A DNA stretch of 42,821 nt from the NCBI GenBank assembly GCA_030167865.1, contig JALAGF010006348.1, positions 1 to 42,821 on the forward strand, read 5' to 3'. This DNA comes from Craspedostauros australis (Eukaryota). Shown piece by piece: positions 31,101 to 42,821 of the stretch. The number at the start of each line of letters is the position of its first letter. Position 1 is the stretch's first letter. The translations under genes and the position numbers were made by a program. Below the pieces are notes generated by a model. It saw nothing but the letters and a program-made list of their open reading frames with translations. It had not been told where the DNA came from and made no database searches.

Positions 31101-33028
31101 GGGTATATGTGGATGGAGTACGGGCAGTAGTCGGTGTTCCATGGCACGGCGGTTTCGATCGTCATGGCCGCGATATCGGCTGCCGTCGTGATGTGCTCCA
31201 TGCCGTCGTATTTGGAGTCGTGAACGTCGCGCAGGTCATCCGCCACGCGGACCTGCTGGTCCTTGATGAGGAAGGTCGTGGTTTGCTGGCACGTGTTCTG
31301 CAGCACGACGTGAACACCGTTGAAGGAGTTTGGGAGATCGTCCGTGAGCGTGTGGCGGTACAACGTCGGATGGTAGAGGTAGTCCACCCAATTCATGGCG
31401 ACCAGGAGCATGCCCCGCAGCGTCATGTCATTCCCGATCATGGGGAAGTAGATGTTGGAGGATGGTCCGTGCCTGCTCCTCTGGTGCATCGTCATCTTGG
31501 ACATGATGACGGTCCGCGATCGCAGCGCCTGAGACACCTCCGTGTCCATCGCCGAGTCTGTCTTGACATTGTAGTTGATCATGGACACGTCCGTGGGAGC
31601 ATGCTGCCACACCGGCAAGTACGGCCCCGTGTCCGGAGGTTGAGTCCTATGCTGCCCCGTTCCTTCATCGATGGAATGGATCTTGCGTATCGTCGCGGAC
31701 TGAGCCTGTGCATCGGTTCCGTCTGGAAGGATCCATTCCTTGGCGTGCTCGGCTGTGTACTGCTCCCATACCAACCGCTCTTCTTCGTGATGCTCGGCGA
31801 GCAGCGGCAAGACCGCGAAGAATGTGAAGTTACCTCGCTTGCGGATGCCATCGGCCTGCTTCTGAAAGTTGGGAATCTGCAGGAAGGGCCACTGTGAGTC
31901 GGGCTTGGCCAGCATCGGCATGCTGACAATGGACAGAGCCGTGGATTCCAACGTGGACATGGTCTGTCCCCAATGTCCCTGCCAGTTGTCGATGAGCTGC
32001 TGCGAGACATGATCGAAGTCCGTCTCGAAGGACTCCGTCTCGGCTTCGCGGATGCTGAGGAAGGTGAAGGTCGCGCTGACAGCGGCGGCGATCGACAGCG
32101 TGAGGACGATGATGGCCCGGATGCATCTGTGGCGGTTGGCCACGGAGGCCGGCAGGAAGGATGAATCGGGGGACTGCGGTGCGCTGTTGATCTCGCTCTG
32201 CTCGATCATCGATCGCAGGGTGGTCTCGCTAGGAGGACGCTTCGATATGGACGACGACTTGTAAGATGGCAGCCGCATGGTGTCGTCGTCGGACTTGTTG
32301 GAGACATCGATGGCCTTCACGGGCACCCTTCCATCGGGAGCGAAGGTGGGATGCCTGGATCCCGACCGCGATCTGGACGCGGAACGCAGAGCGGACGTCC
32401 TTACCTTGGAGCGACCGCGTTTGACGGGGCTGAAGGCGCCACCATCTTCGTTGCCGGCCCGGCTTTCATCGTGCATGGAGGACAGATCGTGCTCCAGGTA
32501 CCTCCTCTGGGAGCCGACGGAGTGGGTGCTGCGCCTCGCGCTGGATGACTTTTTGGCTTGATTGCGCTGCCGGCTGCTGCTTCCGGTGCTGTAGCTGTTG
32601 CTGCAGTTGAGCTGGCTCTTGCTGCCGGTCTCATTTTGCGTCGTCTTGCGGAGGCCGCTGAGGAAGGCGTCTGTCATGGAATCGTCATTCTCGAACACGG
32701 GTGCCTTCTTCGACGACATGACTCGCCTGCCCGTGGACTGGCTGCCCGTGCTGCCACTGCGCATGACTGGCTTGGGCGAAGTGGCGGGTGCGAGCGGGAA
32801 CACGGTGTCTGGATCGAGGCCGTCCGCGGCATCCCTGGCGGCATCAGGGCTGGCACCAGCATGGTCTGCCTCGTCCAGAATGGTCTGCAGATGCTGTTTC
32901 TGATGCGCAGGCGACTTGTTGGACGATGACGAAGACGATGTATCGACAGTCTCCAGCGTTAGTCCGCTGGTCGTCAGCGCATCATCCTGTCGTTGGCGGT
33001 GCTGCTGATGTTGTGTTGGGCGAGGCAT
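28182..33028 (-). CDS. Membrane-bound class III adenylate/guanylate cyclase fused to a class I cyclic nucleotide phosphodiesterase; exons 33028-29886 and 29688-28182 (1549 aa)
   Basis: Two TM helices flanking a ~340-aa luminal/extracellular domain; cyclase motifs 'TILFADICGFTDWSS', 'VFKVETVGDCYV', 'LRVGIHSGPV', 'RFQLFGDTVNMASRMET'; intron GTGAGT..ACAG (29885-29689) restores 'KGKGSRKTFWL'; PDE motifs 'FHCFEHACHV', 'IHDVDHPGVPN', 'ATD', 'AADIAH'. First ATG at 33028. Confidence 0.92.
30542..30568 (-). repeat. (AAC)9 coding microsatellite (poly-Asn) in the cyclase gene
   Basis: GTT repeats on the + strand, translating as NNNNNNNNN. Confidence 0.9.
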
Positions 33029-33584
33029 GTTGTTTGTCGCTGTCTTCGCACGGAGGGAAAGTCCAAATCGAAGCACCTGTCTGAGTGTACTTGGTTTGTG
33101 ATCCGCTGACCTGCAGCTTTCGCAGTTGTGGCTTGTTTTGACTTGTTTTGGCTTGTTGCGACTTGCTGTGAGTTGATCTGATTGAAGGTTGGTGATGGTT
33201 GACCTTACTTGCGTACTTAGGCACAGTTTGTCGAGCACACACAGAGGCTGACCTTGGTTGGTTTGTGCGAGTTGGAAGCTGTTGGGTCGGAGACTGCGGC
33301 TTGATCTGTTGAACTGCCGAAGTGTTGGACTGCTTTCGGGTTGTGAATCAGTCTGTCGCTGAGACTTGAGAGTGGAAGAGATGGCTCTCACAAAGTGCGG
33401 AGCGTGACGACTCTTGACCTCTTTCGGCTTTCTTCGTCCCTGCTTCGCTTGCCTGGACGCGTTTGATAGTTGCAGTTGAAGCTTTCGCGGGTTGTGCAAG
33501 TGGTGACTGCCGTATTTGATGCCACAGTTTGTCTCCTTCTGTTGTCTGTTGGAACGATCTCTTTCTTTCGTTGTGATGTTGCAA

Positions 33585-33611
33585 GATTGCGATTGCGATT
33601 GCGATTGCGAT
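33585..33611 (+). repeat. (GATTGC)4 microsatellite
   Basis: Read directly. Confidence 0.9.
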
Positions 33612-36600
33612 GTAATGTGTTGAGCTTGCGCGAGAGAACGATGTTATGGTGGTGGATGAGTTTGCTCTGCAGTAGCAATCTGGAACTGCTTCTTCCAACC
33701 TCCGGCGGCAAGCCAAGGGATGATCTTTGTTCGTTGGGGCGGATGCGGATGGAGCTCGTTTGTCTCCTTCTGTTGTCTATGGGTGCGAAGTTGTGGCAAG
33801 ATGTACAAGGTATTGCTGGTTGCACGACAAATGATGATACGAGTCCTTGCCTCCCTTCTTTGGACGCAGAGGCCCGTGTCCCAACCACGCACCTGCCGAA
33901 GTTCAACACACGACATGCGACAAACCACCCGTTGTCACCACTCGGACGCAGGCTTCACAATCCCAAATACGACCCTGTTCACGTCCTCATCGCATAGCCC
34001 AATCGCCTCGACCAAGCGTCCGGACACGATTTGCAGTCGTTCGGCAGAAAGTCCTCGTCATCTTGAAGACGATCATTTGTGACGATTTCGCAACAACGTA
34101 CCTGTCGCAGCGAGGATGAAACAACAATCGTGGCTATGTGCCCTACAATAGAACAGAAGAGTCCTTGACACCCAATCATGAAGGGCCCAACCAACCAGCA
34201 TGGAGCATTCCACACGCGTTGCCGTTCTGTGACGGTTCCCAGATGTTGGAAAACGTGAGTGTCGGTTCCGTTCGGCCAAAAATGTCAGCCTCGCCTGCGC
34301 CGATTGGTCCCTTCATTCTTATCATTGATCCGTATTCATTAAATATGCATAACCCCACCGTTCGAAAGAGCAGAACAAGAGAGAACACTGGATGCAAACC
34401 AGATGGCGCAAAAGTTCCGTTCTTTTCGCACCATGGTTGATTGGACCGGCGAAGCCCACAGAAATGCAAAGACGCGTGGCGATTGTGAAGAAGACAATGT
34501 GAAGCCAGAGAATTGTGAGCAGGCTAAGTACCTCCTTGTCCATAGTCGTACCATGCAGAGTGCGTGCTGTCGTACCCCGTGGCAGAGCAGAGCAAGAGTC
34601 ACAGCGCAAGGGAGGCATCGGTCCGAGATTTTGACTCTAATCTTCCGAGTATTACTCGTATGAAGAGTAGCGTGTCTGTTCTGTTTGCTCTGTGGTTTAT
34701 CGTTGGCAGATACTATAATCCAGTGTCCTCCCGACTCCTTGCGAGTACCGTCCCATGACATGGACGAAGACGATCTTAACCCTGATCGTGCATCTGTTCC
34801 GGAGGCAAACAACACAGACAGCCACGTGACACGTCGCGAGGTTCTGCCCCACCAAGTATCGTCATTGGAAGTGTTGTGCGAGCATGCATGTATGCGTCCG
34901 TGTACCATATGCTGTAGTCGTGGAGAACTACACTCTGCTGCCCAGAGGCTGTGATACCTTCAAGCACCGTGTCAGTTGCGAGATGATCGGACGTCACAGC
35001 GGAAGCGATCCAGCGCACATCCCCCATGTGTCTGTGCTTGCGGTTTTACAAGAGCACATGCACCATACAATGCGCCGTAGCTCGTACGAACACAAGACAA
35101 GGTTTGCTTCCATTGCTTCTGCTGCACATTACCTTCTCCGCACACTGAGAGGGGTACTTCCACTTCGACGTGTAGCGCGGGCATAGGACAAGTAAATACA
35201 TGCAACCAATGACGTCAATTTCTGTTTGGGTCCATGATGGTGAGGTACTCGTATTGGTGGAGAGTCGGCACAGCTCCCGGGTGAGCATTGGTATTCAGAG
35301 CGGTGTTGGTCTTTCGTCTTTTGCGTCTTCTGTGTGCCGAAGATGGACGTTGGCGTGGAATAGTTGCGCCAGATCGTGTATCTGTGGCAATGAAGGGATG
35401 CTGACGAGTCACCATCGCTCGTACTCATGGCTACTCGCTCACCTTCCAGTGCGCCCTCTTGGCTGCCCTTCCTTGCGTCCTGCCCGCTCAACCATTTGGG
35501 CCGTCGTCTGCGGCTCGTACTCTGGCGAGAAGCGAAGCACCATTGAAATACGATCTACTCTATGGCAGAGTACTCCAACATGGATGCAAACATCACCTTC
35601 GTGGGAGAGAGAATGAAAGTTCAGAACATTGTACGATTGTACGAGCATGCTCGAGGCATTCCACTGCCGAAGCTCGGTGAAAAGGAACATTTGTGCTTAC
35701 GACCTTCGAGTAGATGCCATGAAAGTCACCGTTCATGGCTGCTTGCTGGTTGGACATAGATCTCTCTCGTCTCGTTCTCGCGATTCTGAACATCGGCGCG
35801 ATCTCTTCTGGTGCAGAGAGGTAGCGGGAGGTTGTCTGACGTGGGTGAGGTTACCGAGATCGAATGTTCTCGAAATGCCACCTGCCAACGTTCGTTTAAG
35901 TACTTTGTACCTGAGTGGTGGCGACAGAATTCGTTGGTGTCATCGATTGTGAAGTACTCTATGCCGCTGACGACGATGACGACGGCCTCAAAAACCCCTC
36001 TTCGCTTCGCCCTCATCCCGCTTCCAAAGACGGCACAAATGACGAGGAGAGCGCGCGTCCGTAACTCGCAGCCTCGAAAGAACTGGGCGTGCACAAACAC
36101 ATCCGCGCAAAGAGAGAAACGTGTAGCCAAAGGTCTGTGCAGGAGTTGCATCCAGCGCGAGCTACACGAACACGTGCTTGAGAGAATGCAGAGTGGAGCA
36201 AGGTACGCACACTCCACTCGGGTTGATTCATTCCATTTGCAGAAAACCAAGTCGGAGACAAGTTGCCGCTTTCGTTTCTCCTTCTCTCTGGTGCTCACCT
36301 CAGCCATGAAGATCTCGTCCGAGCATCAGCTGCGTTTGCGAGGATGGAAACAAGGCGATGGACAGAGGTTGAGACGACATGATCAGCCGAAGCAATGATG
36401 GTCTTGGCCAACTCGGGAGAGACACAATCGAACGTCACAGGTTCCGTCCAAGGACGAGATTGTTGATCGAGAAAAAACGAACTCGAGCGATCGGGATGAC
36501 CACAATAGGAGCCGTTCCCGAAACGACGGTGGACCGCAATGCATCCATCCAATGCATCCACAGGGTTGATCCACCGCATCGCCTCACCTGTTAGCCACCC

Positions 36601-37808
36601 GACCAACCAACAACGAACCAGATGGGTTTCTACTCCAAGAATCAAAACACTATTACCACCGCGCCCTCAGAGTAATGTCATGTGATGCCAGCGGGGTACT
36701 CTAGATTGGGCGAGCATGTGCGGCAGGGAGGTGCCCGCAATTGTGCCCTCTGCTCCTCTTCGAGTTCTTGCTCGTGCTGGAGATCGTTTTGTGTCGCTCG
36801 ACCGAAATAGTCCAGAGGACCTTGCCCCTACCGTGGTGATGACCACGTTGCGACTCGTCCCCCTGTTGTGGGAGAAAGAGCATGGTGAAGCACTCCTACG
36901 AGCTACAAGTACTATGCGTATGGCAAGGCGGTCTGCTCGACTCGTTGTAGATCGAATCAATCTCCTTCTCCACTCTGCGTTTGCAGTGCAGATGGAAGCG
37001 CTCGATTTCCTCCATCGCAAAGATTTGTTCCTTGGATTTCGCAAAACGGAACAAAGGTCCCATACACCGGCGGCTTTCCAAGACCATCTGCAGCTTCTTC
37101 GACCACTCCAGATGTCTTGTCCGCGCGTCATTCCTATCCATTTCCTACTCGCCAATCATTCAGGAGGCAGACATGCATCCAGAATCAACTTGCTCTTGAT
37201 GGATTGCCCCAATCGTACGACCTATGCTACCTGTCCTCCCTTGACGAAGCAAATATCTCCAAACGTCGCACATGAAAGAGAGGTGGTAACTGCCTGAAGT
37301 AATGATCTTCAATCGTATCCGCTCCCTGGTGCCAATGCTCGTCGAGCATCCACAAGCAACCTCTCTCTGTCGTCATTCTGGTCCAATAGACAGCCGGTCG
37401 AGCCGATGAACGAGAGAGCGACATTTGGGACGTCCGAATACACCACCCACATCTCAATGGAAGGAGTGCCGCCAGCCTGCAGTACAGTGAAAGAGGGAAC
37501 GACACATGATCTATGTTCGTGAACAATAGACCGGCTTTGGGCAGTCGTGTGTGATTGTGACACGGATCGACCAATGATTCACGACTCGCCACACGACTTG
37601 ACAAGCAATGACAACATCACCAACAAATGACGACTTTGGGTGATGCCGACACAAAGAGGACATCAGTGAAGGCACAACACCCCGGATACCAAACGACGAT
37701 CAACAAACTAACCGCACAGCATTGGACCAACAGCGTCCTCGTAACCAACCTTATGACTCCACGAGGCCACCGCATGACTTGATCTCCCTGATAGAGTCGT
37801 ACCACACC

Positions 37809-39305
37809 ATGTCGGTGAATCCCTACACGCACCCAAACAATCGAAGACCGTCACCATCACTCGCAGCCCGTCGCACGAAGGGGCCGTCGCTGTCGGCATG
37901 GCAACGAAGGACGTTGCTGTGTCTTGTGGGATCGTTCTCATGCATCCTCTTCGTCAACACGACCCTGCAGATGCAGACCGTCTCCTTCATTCGGATCGAC
38001 AATGACTCGCATCATGGTCATCTCAAGAAGGCCGGTGGTTCCGACGAGGATGTCGCAGCGTCAGCATCTTCCACGAGGATGATCCCCATCAACGCGAACA
38101 GCACCAACGCGCAGGCATCACCTTCGTCCGGATGCTGGAGGCGTTGCAAGGAACGCAAGAACAAGATCATGTACTTCATGATTCCGCATTTCGGTGCGGG
38201 CATGAACGACCGCGTGCATCAGTTCGAGCGCTTCATCCACCTCGCTGGGTATCTGTGCGCCACCTTCGAGGCCGCGCGGCCCGTCGCCATGCTGACCGAG
38301 ATGCACAATGGTGGAGTCCCGATTTCACCCACGTTGCGATGGAGGGACTTCATTGAGCATCGATTCGCCGACACCAACGATCTGGCAATGACCGAGTTCA
38401 ATCCCATGTTCACGATGAATCGAGCCAAGAGACCCAAGCTGAAGCACTACTTGCAATACTACAGCAAGTGGAATATTTTCGACTACGGTTTTCTGGCGCC
38501 CAAGAACGCAACTCTGCCCAAGCTGATCATCACCAAGAAGCTCGAGGACTTCGAGAACGATTTTCTGAAGGCCGAATCTCATTCCTTCCACCATCCTGAC
38601 GATCCGTTCGTGTGGTTCATCGTTCCCAACTTTTACGACATGCACGACGAAGGAATAGGGAAGGACTGGGTGGAGCAGCGGCGTGACAATGTATCGCATC
38701 CCTTCCATTCCCATTGGAGGTCCATCAACAAGCTGTCCTACGTGTACGGCACGCAGAATTGCGACTACATCGCCCCCGACACGATGCCACCCCACGTAAA
38801 GCACGTTGTGAAGTCGATGATCGCAGAGATGGAGAAAATGATGCGGTCAGCCTTATCGTCCAACGACGCTGCGGCTGCTCAAGTGGATCGGATGAAGCAG
38901 CCTACGAAGGTGTTCTTTCACATCCGCCGAGGCGACACATTGGATCATTGCGACACGAATTTGGAACGCGTGCGACGCTACATCGACTGCACGTTCGGCA
39001 ACACCCACACCCGGTCGATCCTGGTGATATTCCGCAGCGACGAGCAGGATCCGTCGTATCGGCGGCAGGTGCTGGACATGCTGCACTCTCATCCCAACGT
39101 GGTTGCGGTCGACACGGATGCGCTGGTGTGGCAGCACATGAGGTCGGCCCACGAGGCAGGCGTGCTGCAACCAGAGCACATGATCAACATGCTCGCATTC
39201 ATGGTGTCCAACTTCGTGAAGTGGACGTACAGCGATCATGTCCTGCAGCTGCGCCGGACCACCTGTCCAGATTGCGACAATCTCGCGGGGTGGATGAAGC
39301 TGTGA
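37809..39305 (+). CDS. Type II membrane protein, putative GDP-fucose-dependent glycosyltransferase (fucosyltransferase-like)
   Basis: Short basic N-tail, single TM (TLLCLVGSFSCILFV), stem, then 'GAGMNDRV', 'FFHIRRGD' (HxRRxD motif of alpha-1,2/alpha-1,6/O-fucosyltransferases) and 'VIFRSDE'. Intronless; first ATG at 37809. Confidence 0.7.
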   Translation: MSVNPYTHPNNRRPSPSLAARRTKGPSLSAWQRRTLLCLVGSFSCILFVNTTLQMQTVSFIRIDNDSHHGHLKKAGGSDEDVAASASSTRMIPINANSTNAQASPSSGCWRRCKERKNKIMYFMIPHFGAGMNDRVHQFERFIHLAGYLCATFEAARPVAMLTEMHNGGVPISPTLRWRDFIEHRFADTNDLAMTEFNPMFTMNRAKRPKLKHYLQYYSKWNIFDYGFLAPKNATLPKLIITKKLEDFENDFLKAESHSFHHPDDPFVWFIVPNFYDMHDEGIGKDWVEQRRDNVSHPFHSHWRSINKLSYVYGTQNCDYIAPDTMPPHVKHVVKSMIAEMEKMMRSALSSNDAAAAQVDRMKQPTKVFFHIRRGDTLDHCDTNLERVRRYIDCTFGNTHTRSILVIFRSDEQDPSYRRQVLDMLHSHPNVVAVDTDALVWQHMRSAHEAGVLQPEHMINMLAFMVSNFVKWTYSDHVLQLRRTTCPDCDNLAGWMKL

Positions 39306-39924
39306 GATCAATAGAGTAGATTGGATTGAGGTAATCATGAACGAGCTGTGAGAAGTGACGACGAGAAGCTGCTACAGGGCCGCACTTCTGCACGGTACTT
39401 GTAAGTAGCTGCGTGTTATAATTCGTGGAGTGTCTGAGATTGTGTTGGAATGCGTGTATTGCACCCCAATTCTGGGGGGAAAGGACGAGTTTGCTTGTCG
39501 ACAATCAGGCCTATTTTAGACCTCTTGTTCTGGATTCGATGCTCTCGCGACGAACGGAAACAGAAGAAACACAATTCAACAAATCGGTGATCGCTGCGGC
39601 ATGTGCAAAGAAACCGACCTCGTTGACGAAGGCAACCCAAACACAGCGAAGGCATCAACACAAACCAACAACAGCACCAGAACATAATCCATCTCCGCAT
39701 ACTTGTGTTCCATCCACACGTACTCGACGTATACCCATTCATCGAAGCTCCATCAACCACCGACAACGCACAGCAGACGAACAATTGGGATCATCCTCCA
39801 GACGACTTCAGATCAAAGTCCGATCCACGAACTCTTCGCTGTCAATCATCCCGCCACGACTCAAAACACAAATCACTACCATTATATCCTCATCCATTAT
39901 CCATCCCTCTCGTTGCTTCAGATC

Positions 39925-40785
39925 ATGGCGCAACCCCTTCGCTGTTCATTCTGCGAAAACGCCGACGGCCCCAGCCTCCTCTATCATTTGGTGGTGGATC
40001 ATGGAGATGAGACTCAGGCAATCCTCGATCGAACCAGAACCCATGCGAACGAGGCTCAACTCCGAAGCTCGTTCGTCTTGGGTGAGGCACACCCAATGCA
40101 TTGCTTCCTGCAGTCGCCACAATTGATCGGGAACACCCCAGTGTTCGACGCACTTCTGGCAGCTTGGCGTGATGTCGTGGACGAACGTGCTCGCTGCGGC
40201 CTCCCCATTCACATTGCTTGCCAATTCAGCGCGCCAGCTGAGATCATTCGCAAGTTATTGGATGCGAGGCCAGGAAGCGCGCTGGATGCGGGTGGGTTTG
40301 GCGGCCTCACTCCGCTCGAGATCCTTTGCAAACAGCGCGACATGGCATGGAGAAGGATCCCTGCGGCGGTGGAATACATCATCCCTGATGACTCCGACGA
40401 CGAGATGGCTGACGACGAGATGGCTGACGACGAGATGCCTGACGACGACAATTCGTACGACTACAACTTGAACGAAGACACCTTCGATGAAGACAACTTC
40501 GCTCAGTGCGTGGTACACGTGATCGGAGCCGTGGCGCGTGAGCGTGGCTTCATACATGCTGACAGGCCCCTGATGGTGCATGCTGCCGAGTCCATGGGCG
40601 ATGGATGCCCAGAGTACATCTTGGAATGGATCATGCAACGTGATCACGGTGACCTCGCCATTCGTCACGCACAACCCCAAGGAGCCCTTCCATTGCTCGA
40701 GAGACTTCGCCAACGCCAGCTGAAAGATGAGGCTGCACTTCGAATCCTGCACCATTATCTCGCCCAGCCCAGAGACGAAGATTGA
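39925..40785 (+). CDS. Hypothetical protein with degenerate ankyrin-like repeats and an acidic insert
   Basis: 'GLPIHIACQFSAPAEIIRKLLDARPGSAL', 'GLTPLEILC', 'PLMVHAA....CPEYILEWIM', 'GALPL'; first ATG at 39925; an upstream exon cannot be excluded. Confidence 0.65.
   Translation: MAQPLRCSFCENADGPSLLYHLVVDHGDETQAILDRTRTHANEAQLRSSFVLGEAHPMHCFLQSPQLIGNTPVFDALLAAWRDVVDERARCGLPIHIACQFSAPAEIIRKLLDARPGSALDAGGFGGLTPLEILCKQRDMAWRRIPAAVEYIIPDDSDDEMADDEMADDEMPDDDNSYDYNLNEDTFDEDNFAQCVVHVIGAVARERGFIHADRPLMVHAAESMGDGCPEYILEWIMQRDHGDLAIRHAQPQGALPLLERLRQRQLKDEAALRILHHYLAQPRDED
40396..40449 (+). repeat. 15-bp coding tandem repeat GACGACGAGATG(G/C)CT x3 (DDEMA/DDEMP)
   Basis: Read directly. Confidence 0.9.
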
Positions 40786-42821
40786 TGTGTTCATGGGGTC
40801 CAACCTGACCCAGACCCACCATCTCCCCAAGAATCCCTCACACAAGCCCATCGCCCAGTCACCACATCACAAGCTCCGCCGCCGGATCCGAGCACAATTT
40901 GTTGTGCCACCGCACAGCCAGTTGTCCACAAGCAGACGGCTCGTGATCCGGACCCCGTCCTCATCCTCCCACTAGCGCCCCCGAAATGTCGCTTTTGCTT
41001 GCAGCCATGCCGGCAGCACTTATCACGAAATACGCACTTCGTGACAGGATCACCCCAAGGCAATCGAAGACAGCGGCTTCCCTCCTCACTCGAGTCCCCA
41101 AGTTATAGCGCAGAAGCCTGACCTCTTCGTTTCCACACGACCCGCGCAACGTGGCAACGCGAGCAGCGGAGTTTGCCAGCTCTAGTCGTTGCCCACCGTG
41201 GTTGCCACAGCGCGATGCAAAGTCCTTTGCCGCTTCGAAATGCGAAGAGAAGCGCTCTTCGCTCAAGCAAGTGCCAGAAGATGCGCAGCGGATGTCGCTC
41301 ATCATCCAGGCAGTTCCCGTAGTGGGCGGCACATGATGCAGTCCAGTCCACGCGACGCCTGCGTCTCTTCCGCTGCAGCTGGAATTCTCGGCAGCAAGCG
41401 GCCTTGTTGATGCAAGGCAACGAAGAAGCCTTCCATCGCGACGGAGCAGACACACCAGCCTGCCTGACTTCCTGCTCCTCAAGCTGAGGCCATGTTATGA
41501 TCCCAAGCGGATGCATACATCATACATCCTCGTACATGTTGAATCCACTCACGTACGAGCGAATAGAGTGCACCCTCACTCATAGACACACGGACATTGC
41601 GATCCAATGTCTTCTCAACCTCATGGTCGTCCTTCTGTCTTTGACGGTGTGACGCGTTTGGGCATGCCACATCGTTGCCTCTCGTTCTTCGGTGGTGGCA
41701 AGTTGTGGGCACGACATTGCGACTCATTCGTGTGCGCTGATTGCTGTCGTGCCCTCCTTTCTTTGTCACCGGTGCACAGTGCGAAGCACGTTTCATTCCC
41801 ATTGCGGAAGGTAGCGAGGTTGCGTTCCAGCAGCGGCAGTGCTCCACGTGCGCGACGCCGGAAGTATCTCCCACGGCGTCAACACCTTGACACCCACTGT
41901 CAAAGTGCAGGGCTCCACCCCAGCCTCACACTCTTGGCAATGGGATACCTCTTCGCGAAAGAGTTCTCTTCTCATTCCATGCACAGGCACGCAATTGCTT
42001 CGACAGAGCAGAGTTCTGCTTCTCGTTGTTCGGTTTGCGTTGTTGGCCATTGCAAACGAATCGGAATGGCCGTCACTTGGTGGACATGCCGCGCTTGTTG
42101 GAGCACGCATCGTTGTATGGTGTGTGTGTATGACACCATACGTACACGACACACCATGGTTGTTGGATGGACGCTGCACTTGCGCTTTGGTGCTCGCGTT
42201 TTGTTGTGAAGATTGGAGGAGCGTGGTCTCCAAGCCCGATCGCGACAGCAACGGCGCGTGTCGTAGGTGATACAACCTTTGGCACAAGCAGGGGAGTAGA
42301 GAGGTGCGCCCTTGGCCTGTCTGGACAACTCTCTGGTTGGTACAGATAGGGCTCGTATGGTGGTCGTATGTAGTCGTGGTGGTTGGAGCGCACGTCAACA
42401 CTTCGCCACATTTCTATCCTGTTTTGGTGAAAGTACGGCCAACAACTAGTGACGGTGATAGAGTGACATTCGTTCCAGGAATTTGTGGCCGTCTCCTCTC
42501 GTCCTGAATCACGAGCATGACATTGGACATCTTTGTTCGAGAAGGCATGGACTTCGATGTGCGATCTATCCGCGCGATGTGTCCAGAATCGCAACCAAGC
42601 ACCGTGCCAATAGAGAGGTTTTGCATTCCACTCAGAGGCCCCCAGACGAGGTGTCACACCGACATTGACTCTCGAGTGACGGAAACTGCACAGGACTGGT
42701 GCGTGACAGAATACTGCTTGGATTACGTGGAGTCAATAACAGTTGCAATATACCATGATGTCACTGAAAAATTGCTGAAAATTGGTATTTTCCCTTCATG
42801 CCCCCATTGACCGGTGACCGA

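Noticed and set aside
29990..31897. 635-aa + strand ORF
   Set aside because: Antisense shadow of the cyclase gene; no motifs.
40961..42810. Several 130-200 aa ORFs near the window end
   Set aside because: Overlapping on both strands with no motifs or clear codon bias; cannot support a gene call.

Overview
Eukaryotic nuclear DNA, most consistent with a diatom or related stramenopile (inference from short GT-AG introns, a bipartite plastid-targeting-like N-terminus and typical diatom gene families). Host genes in order: 3' part of a STAND/AAA-type helical-repeat protein (+), NRAMP metal transporter (-), ALDH3-type aldehyde dehydrogenase (+, 1 intron), a 1612-aa Ser/Arg/Lys-rich low-complexity protein (+), a RAD18-like RING-SAP E3 ligase with a C-terminal NZF finger (+, 1 intron), an EGLN/PHD-like 2OG-Fe(II) oxygenase (+, 1 intron), a two-TM class III nucleotide cyclase fused to a phosphodiesterase (-, 1 intron), a fucosyltransferase-like type II membrane protein (+) and an ankyrin-like protein (+). 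The most notable structure is a ~9.4-kb decayed DNA transposon (4193-13607) between the divergent NRAMP and ALDH genes. It has ~30-bp terminal inverted repeats, no target-site duplication (reconstructed empty site AA|TT), an intron-containing HTH + DDE (PIF/Harbinger/ISL2EU-related) transposase pseudogene, a divergently oriented large second ORF of unknown family, and two different internal tandem arrays (~190-235 bp and exactly 122 bp units). Its coding remnants were inactivated mostly by CpG-type C-to-T transitions. All calls come from reading the sequence only; no searches were run.
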